Part shown: piece by piece, positions 59,395 to 64,000 of the stretch
How positions within the stretch are numbered: the stretch's first letter is position 1
How the letters are laid out: every line of letters starts with the position of its first letter
The notes under the pieces: generated by a model
The model's database searches: none
Told to the model about the DNA's origin: nothing
The model's input: the letters and a program-made list of their open reading frames with translations, nothing else
Program-made: the position numbers and the translations under genes
NCBI GenBank assembly: GCA_050299855.1
Contig: JBNKWQ010000011.1
Coordinates: forward strand, 25,391-89,390
Length of the DNA stretch: 64,000 nucleotides
Direction: 5' to 3'
Origin: Hahella sp.
GTDB lineage: Bacteria; Pseudomonadota; Gammaproteobacteria; Pseudomonadales; Oleiphilaceae

Positions 59395-60769
59395 TGAGAT
59401 ACTCGTCGTCGCCATGTTTGCAACCTTTATCCTGCTGTTGTTTACCGGCTTGCCGGTCGCCTATGTCCTGGCAGGTGTAGGATTGATATTCACCGGCATC
59501 GGCTATTACGCCGATATGTACTGGGATACGCTGACCGGCCTGGACTTCCTCACTATCGGCCTGGTGGTCAATCGAATATATAAGATCATGGATAACTGGA
59601 TATTGGTGGCACTACCAATGTTCGTCTTCATGGGCAATATGCTGGATAAATCCGGCGTTGCAGAAGACCTGATGAAGTCGTTTCAGGAGCTGTTCGGTCG
59701 TGTCAGGGGTGGTTTGGCAATAACGGTAACCTTGATTGGCATTATCCTAGCCGCTTCTACCGGCATCATAGGCGCTTCAGTAGTGTTGTTGGCGGTCATG
59801 TCATTTCCTGCCATGCGGAAGCAGAAATACCGCGACTCTGTCGCTCTGGGTACCATCGCTTCGGCGGGTACTTTAGGGATTTTGATTCCACCAAGTATTA
59901 TGCTGGTAATCATGGCGGACCAAGTGGCCCTACCCGTTGGCGACCTGTTTATGGGCGCCGTTTTCCCAGGGCTTGTCCTCGGCTTACTTTATATCTGCTA
60001 CCTGTTAATTTGGGGATTGATCAGGAAAGAGGATTTCCCGTTACCGGAGGACACTAAGCCCGTCACCCTGAATACCTGGATCCGAGTGCTTAAGAGCACA
60101 CTCCCAACAGTGGCGCTGATCATCTCCGTACTGGGTTCAATATTCGCCGGCTGGGCGACACCGACGGAAGCCTCAGGAGTCGGTGCACTGGGTGCAGCGC
60201 TACTGGCTTGGTATAACAGAAAGCTCAAGTTCTCCATACTGAAAGAATGCCTGCACAATACCATGAACGTCACCGCCTATATCTTTGCCATCTTTGTAGG
60301 CGCATCCCTCTTTGCCCTGGTGCTGAGAGAACTGGGCGGTGACGAAATAATCGCGAGTTTTCTGACCGGCCTACCCTTTGGCAGTTACGGGATTATCCTG
60401 TTCATTCTCGGCATAATCTTCTTATTGGGCTTTGTGCTCGACTGGATTGAAATCACCCTGATTATTCTGCCTTTGATCGTGCCCGTCATCTCCGGACTTG
60501 ACCTGGATATCCCTGGGTTTGGCGTTCTGGACCATCCGAAGCTGGTGTGGTTTGTCATGCTGGTCGCCGTAACGTTGCAGACCTCGTTTCTTACTCCACC
60601 GGTCGGATTCGCTCTGTTTTACTTAAAAGGGGTATGCCCACCGGATATCCGAATTTCCACAATCTACCGCGGAGTGGTGCCTTTCATCATCCTTCAGCTT
60701 ATAGGATTAGCATTCATTCTGATGTTCCCTGCTCTGGTCAATTGGTTGCCGGCGCAGATTTATTCCTAG
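59384..60769 (+). CDS. TRAP transporter large permease (DctM-like)
   Basis: 461-aa polytopic protein in the typical DctM position and of typical length. Confidence 0.85.
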   Translation: METNEILVVAMFATFILLLFTGLPVAYVLAGVGLIFTGIGYYADMYWDTLTGLDFLTIGLVVNRIYKIMDNWILVALPMFVFMGNMLDKSGVAEDLMKSFQELFGRVRGGLAITVTLIGIILAASTGIIGASVVLLAVMSFPAMRKQKYRDSVALGTIASAGTLGILIPPSIMLVIMADQVALPVGDLFMGAVFPGLVLGLLYICYLLIWGLIRKEDFPLPEDTKPVTLNTWIRVLKSTLPTVALIISVLGSIFAGWATPTEASGVGALGAALLAWYNRKLKFSILKECLHNTMNVTAYIFAIFVGASLFALVLRELGGDEIIASFLTGLPFGSYGIILFILGIIFLLGFVLDWIEITLIILPLIVPVISGLDLDIPGFGVLDHPKLVWFVMLVAVTLQTSFLTPPVGFALFYLKGVCPPDIRISTIYRGVVPFIILQLIGLAFILMFPALVNWLPAQIYS

Positions 60770-60885
60770 GGTCTGTTGATGTTTCGCCATCGCCACTGTT
60801 GTGCCTGAAGCGCCAGGCTAGTGGTGTGGCATCCCGACACCGAGAAGCGTGGTTTGGTTATTTCAAATGAGGGAAAGCTGGCCCC

Positions 60886-61035
60886 TTGGGTCCGAGTAAG
60901 TATGAATATCTATTCGGCTATGATGCCAACTTGGCAGTAGCCACAGCGGCACTGAAAGCAGGCTTCAAAAAGGTCGGACTGCTGAGCGCGATGGGGGCTG
61001 ACGCCGACTCCAGGGTTTTCTATAGCCGTGTCAAA
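60886..61035 (+). pseudogene. internal fragment of a YraR-like NAD(P)-binding (atypical SDR) gene
   Basis: GYDANLAVATAALKAGFKKVGLLSAMGADADSRVFYSRVKG parallels E. coli YraR [42 protein letters not shown]. There is no N-terminal Rossmann motif, and the reading frame runs into the fdsD antisense. Confidence 0.4.
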
Positions 61036-61057
61036 GGTACTAGTCGAACTATGTCAG

Positions 61058-61282
61058 TTAACCTTTTTCTAACTGCCGAACAGCTCTCTCAGCCACAGAG
61101 TTAAGCCCGTCGCCACCCTCATGGACATAAGCAATAATGTTGATCTTCATGGATTTGGCCCAGAATTTTTGCACATGACCGGCCACCACTTCCGCAGCCT
61201 TGTCAGCGTCACCGGCGCAGGGATTATTTTCAGCGATCTGGTTAAGCATTTTGACCAACTGACCCATTGCATCATAGGACAT
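61058..61282 (-). CDS. fdsD: formate dehydrogenase delta subunit (FdsD)
   Basis: 74 aa from the ATG at 61282. LVKMLNQIAENN...VAGHVQKFWAKSM fits the FdsD pattern (M.NQIA......H...FW...M). Confidence 0.7.
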   Translation of the reverse strand: MSYDAMGQLVKMLNQIAENNPCAGDADKAAEVVAGHVQKFWAKSMKINIIAYVHEGGDGLNSVAERAVRQLEKG

Positions 61283-61344
61283 AAAACACCTCAAATTTTG
61301 TTATTACCAATGGCTCAATTCAGTCACTGTGGTTGCCGAACTCA

Positions 61345-62211
61345 TCAGGATTTGTAGCCGGTGTAGACCACCTGCCGACCTGGGCGTGCAAAACCGATCA
61401 GGTTAAGCCCCGCCCTTTCGGCGGAGGATACAGCCAGGCCGGTGGCGCCGGACACAGCTACCAGTGTCGAAATATTTGCAGCAGCTGTCTTATAGACCAG
61501 CTCATAACTTGCCCGGCTGGAAACCAGTACAAAGCCCTCGGAAGTATCTACCTCCCGGCGGTACAAACAGCCAACCAGCTTATCCAGCGCATTGTGGCGG
61601 CCGACATCTTCTCGGGTATATAGCACTTCACCTTCAGCGGAACACCAGCAGGCAGCATGGCAGGCCCCTGTCATGGTCTGAATTGCCTGCTGGGACGTCA
61701 GTGTCATCAAGGCGTTCTGAATGGCATCAGGGTCCGGCAATGTGGCTTTAACCAGCGAGTGTACAGGCAGGATTGCCTGCTCCAATGATTCCTTGCCACA
61801 GAGACCGCAACCGCTGGGCCCGGCCATATGACGGCGCTGACGCTTGAGGTAATCCATCCGTGAGCCATGAATATGCAGATGCAGCTCAAATCCGGCCTCC
61901 GGATCACCCTGCAACTCAACTGAAAACAGTTGCTCAACGTTTTCCAGCACACCTTCCGTCAGGCTGAAACCCACGGCAAAGTCTTCCAGGTCTACCGGCG
62001 AAGCCATCATCACAGCATGGCTAACGCCGTTGTAAACCAACGCGACCGGATACTCTTCGACCACGAAATCAGACAACGCCAAATAGTTCCAGCCGGAAGC
62101 ACTGCGCTCTCTAATCTGCACCGGTGCGGCCAGACATCCGGCCTGACTGGGAGACCTGGCGGTTTTTGAGACCGGTGTAATGGGCGCCCGTTTAGTCTGT
62201 AACTTGGACAT
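61345..62211 (-). CDS. fdhD: formate dehydrogenase accessory sulfurtransferase FdhD
   Basis: 288 aa with the conserved GPSGCGLCGKESL cysteine loop and REDVGRHNALDK. Confidence 0.85.
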   Translation of the reverse strand: MSKLQTKRAPITPVSKTARSPSQAGCLAAPVQIRERSASGWNYLALSDFVVEEYPVALVYNGVSHAVMMASPVDLEDFAVGFSLTEGVLENVEQLFSVELQGDPEAGFELHLHIHGSRMDYLKRQRRHMAGPSGCGLCGKESLEQAILPVHSLVKATLPDPDAIQNALMTLTSQQAIQTMTGACHAACWCSAEGEVLYTREDVGRHNALDKLVGCLYRREVDTSEGFVLVSSRASYELVYKTAAANISTLVAVSGATGLAVSSAERAGLNLIGFARPGRQVVYTGYKS

Positions 62212-64000
62212 TGGCCGCCTGCGTTAAGAATGCTTGCTGCTGATCATCAAACGCCCGATGGCGTTGCTGCCAGCTTGATGGTTGCGTTACCTTCTCAAGC
62301 TGAACCGCAGTGACTTTATATTCAGGGCAATTGGTCGCCCAGTCCGAATTATCCGTGGTGATCACATTCGCACCGCTACCGGGATGGTGGAATGTCGTAT
62401 AAACAACACCGGGCTGCATGCGGGAACTGACCACCGCCCGCAGTACTGTATCACCGGCACGGCTGGTAACGCCCACCCAGTCACCCTGTTTAATACCCCT
62501 TTCTTCCGCATCGTGAGGATGCAGCTCCAGCACATCTTCATCGTGCCAACGCTGGTTCTCGGTACGGCGGGTCTGGGCACCCACATTGTATTGACTGAGT
62601 ATCCTGCCGGTTGTTAGCAGCAGAGGAAAACGGCGGTTGGTGCGCTCTTCAGTAGCCACATATTCGGTGACCACAAACTGCCCTTTTCCAATGGGAAAAT
62701 CTTCCACATGCATGATCGGCGTCCCGGCAGGATGCTCATCATTGCATGGCCATTGGATACTGCCCAACTGATCCAGTTTGGCATAGCTCACACCAGCAAA
62801 GGTCGGCGCCAGTACAGAGATTTCTTCCATAATCTCGGAAGGGTGTTGATAGTTCATCGGATAGCCCAAGGCATTGGCCAGATCCTGAGTCACTTCCCAG
62901 TCTTCCTTGCCGGCTAACGGCGCCATAACTTTACGCACCCGGTTGATCCGACGCTCAGCGTTGGTGAAAGTGCCGTTCTTTTCCAGAAAGGAAGATCCCG
63001 GCAAAAGTACATGGGCATACTTCGCCGTTTCGTTCAGAAACAGGTCCTGTACGATCAGGCATTCCAAGGATGACAATGCTTTCTGCACATGTTGGGTATT
63101 AGGGTCTGACTGCGCAATATCCTCTCCCTGCACATAGAGGCCCTTAAATGACCCATCAATCGCCGCATCAAACATATTCGGAATTCTTAAGCCCGGCTCG
63201 GCATCAATACTCACCCCCCAGACCTGCTCAAAATTCCGGCGCAACTCCGGAGTGCTGACATGCTGGTAACCCGGTAGCTCGTGAGGGAATGAGCCCATAT
63301 CGCAGGAACCCTGCACGTTATTCTGACCACGCAACGGATTCACACCAACACCCTCACGACCGATATTGCCCGTCACCATGGCCAGGTTCGCAATACCCAT
63401 CACCATGGTGGAGCCCTGGCTATGTTCGGTCACGCCCAACCCGTAATAAATTGCTGCGTTGCCGGCCATGGCATATAGCCTGGCGGCTCGCCGAACCATA
63501 TCAGCAGCCACGCCGGTGACTGCAGCCAATACTTCCGGTGAATGCCGCTCCTGAGCGATAAAGTCACGCCACTGCTGGTATTCATCCGCGTCACAGCGTG
63601 CCTGGATAAAACTGAGATCTTCCAGCTCCTCAGTGACAATGACATGTGCCAGCGAATTAATCAGCGCCACATTGGTGCCGGGTCTCAAAGGCAAATGAAT
63701 GGCATCGCGCAGATGTGGTGATTTCAGCAAATCGATGGAACGAGGATCCGCCACAATCAATTTGGCTCCTTCACGCAGTCGTTTACGCATCAGCGAGCCG
63801 AACACAGGGTGGGCATCGGTAGGGTTGGCTCCAATGACCATGATCACATCAGAATGCATGACCGAATCAAACGTCTGCGTACCTGCGGACTCTCCCATCG
63901 TCATTTTCAAACCATAACCGGTAGGCGAGTGACAGACACGGGCACAGGTATCGGTGTTGTTATTGCCGAACGCCGCCCTCACCAGCTTCTGCACCAGATA
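62192..64000 (-). CDS. fdsA: formate dehydrogenase alpha (molybdopterin) subunit, C-terminal part; N-terminus lies beyond the window
   Basis: The ORF is open to the window edge. It shows Mo-bisPGD oxidoreductase motifs, and the active-site context TCARVCHSPT indicates the Cys (not Sec) type. Confidence 0.85.
   Translation of the reverse strand, partial: YLVQKLVRAAFGNNNTDTCARVCHSPTGYGLKMTMGESAGTQTFDSVMHSDVIMVIGANPTDAHPVFGSLMRKRLREGAKLIVADPRSIDLLKSPHLRDAIHLPLRPGTNVALINSLAHVIVTEELEDLSFIQARCDADEYQQWRDFIAQERHSPEVLAAVTGVAADMVRRAARLYAMAGNAAIYYGLGVTEHSQGSTMVMGIANLAMVTGNIGREGVGVNPLRGQNNVQGSCDMGSFPHELPGYQHVSTPELRRNFEQVWGVSIDAEPGLRIPNMFDAAIDGSFKGLYVQGEDIAQSDPNTQHVQKALSSLECLIVQDLFLNETAKYAHVLLPGSSFLEKNGTFTNAERRINRVRKVMAPLAGKEDWEVTQDLANALGYPMNYQHPSEIMEEISVLAPTFAGVSYAKLDQLGSIQWPCNDEHPAGTPIMHVEDFPIGKGQFVVTEYVATEERTNRRFPLLLTTGRILSQYNVGAQTRRTENQRWHDEDVLELHPHDAEERGIKQGDWVGVTSRAGDTVLRAVVSSRMQPGVVYTTFHHPGSGANVITTDNSDWATNCPEYKVTAVQLEKVTQPSSWQQRHRAFDDQQQAFLTQAANVQVTD

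Noticed and set aside
62192-64000. Selenocysteine (in-frame TGA) in the formate dehydrogenase alpha subunit
   Set aside because: The active-site position reads Cys (TCARVCHSPT), and the frame has no internal TGA in the visible part.

Overview
The window looks like a chromosomal segment of a gammaproteobacterium. Gene order resembles Pseudomonas/Oceanospirillales-type genomes: metX-metW-DUF4426-rdgB-hemW, ubiK/glnK-amtB, fabA-fabB, speE/speA, a phoPQ-like pair, gshA, tex, rep-cytochrome c5, manB-manC, a TRAP transporter and NAD-type formate dehydrogenase genes. Most of it is ordinary housekeeping DNA. The one clear accessory segment lies directly downstream of a tRNA-Arg(CCG) gene, at about 45.77-50.5 kb. 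There the tRNA is flanked by duplicated 5' and 3' tRNA fragments and hairpin-rich DNA. A tandem array follows: two diverged 193-aa proteins with an AHH/HNH-EndoVII-like nuclease signature, each translationally coupled to a ~203-aa paralogous putative immunity gene, then a DUF416/YjaG-like gene and a third, orphan immunity paralogue. Each toxin-like gene is preceded by a 131-nt leader that is almost identical between copies (3 mismatches), although the coding regions have diverged strongly. No delivery domain, secretion apparatus or integrase is visible, so I flag this array as the most likely undescribed system. Other notable items are: a 5 x 19-bp tandem repeat in a divergent promoter next to a CrbS/MxtR-like SSS-domain hybrid kinase and LuxR-type regulator pair; a stand-alone NIT-like protein with predicted NtrC/sigma54 control; a possible orphan sRNA; and several decayed genes (porin, usp with an in-frame amber codon, SemiSWEET remnant, yraR-like remnant). 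All functional calls come from motif recognition by eye, with no database search. Start codons are often uncertain.
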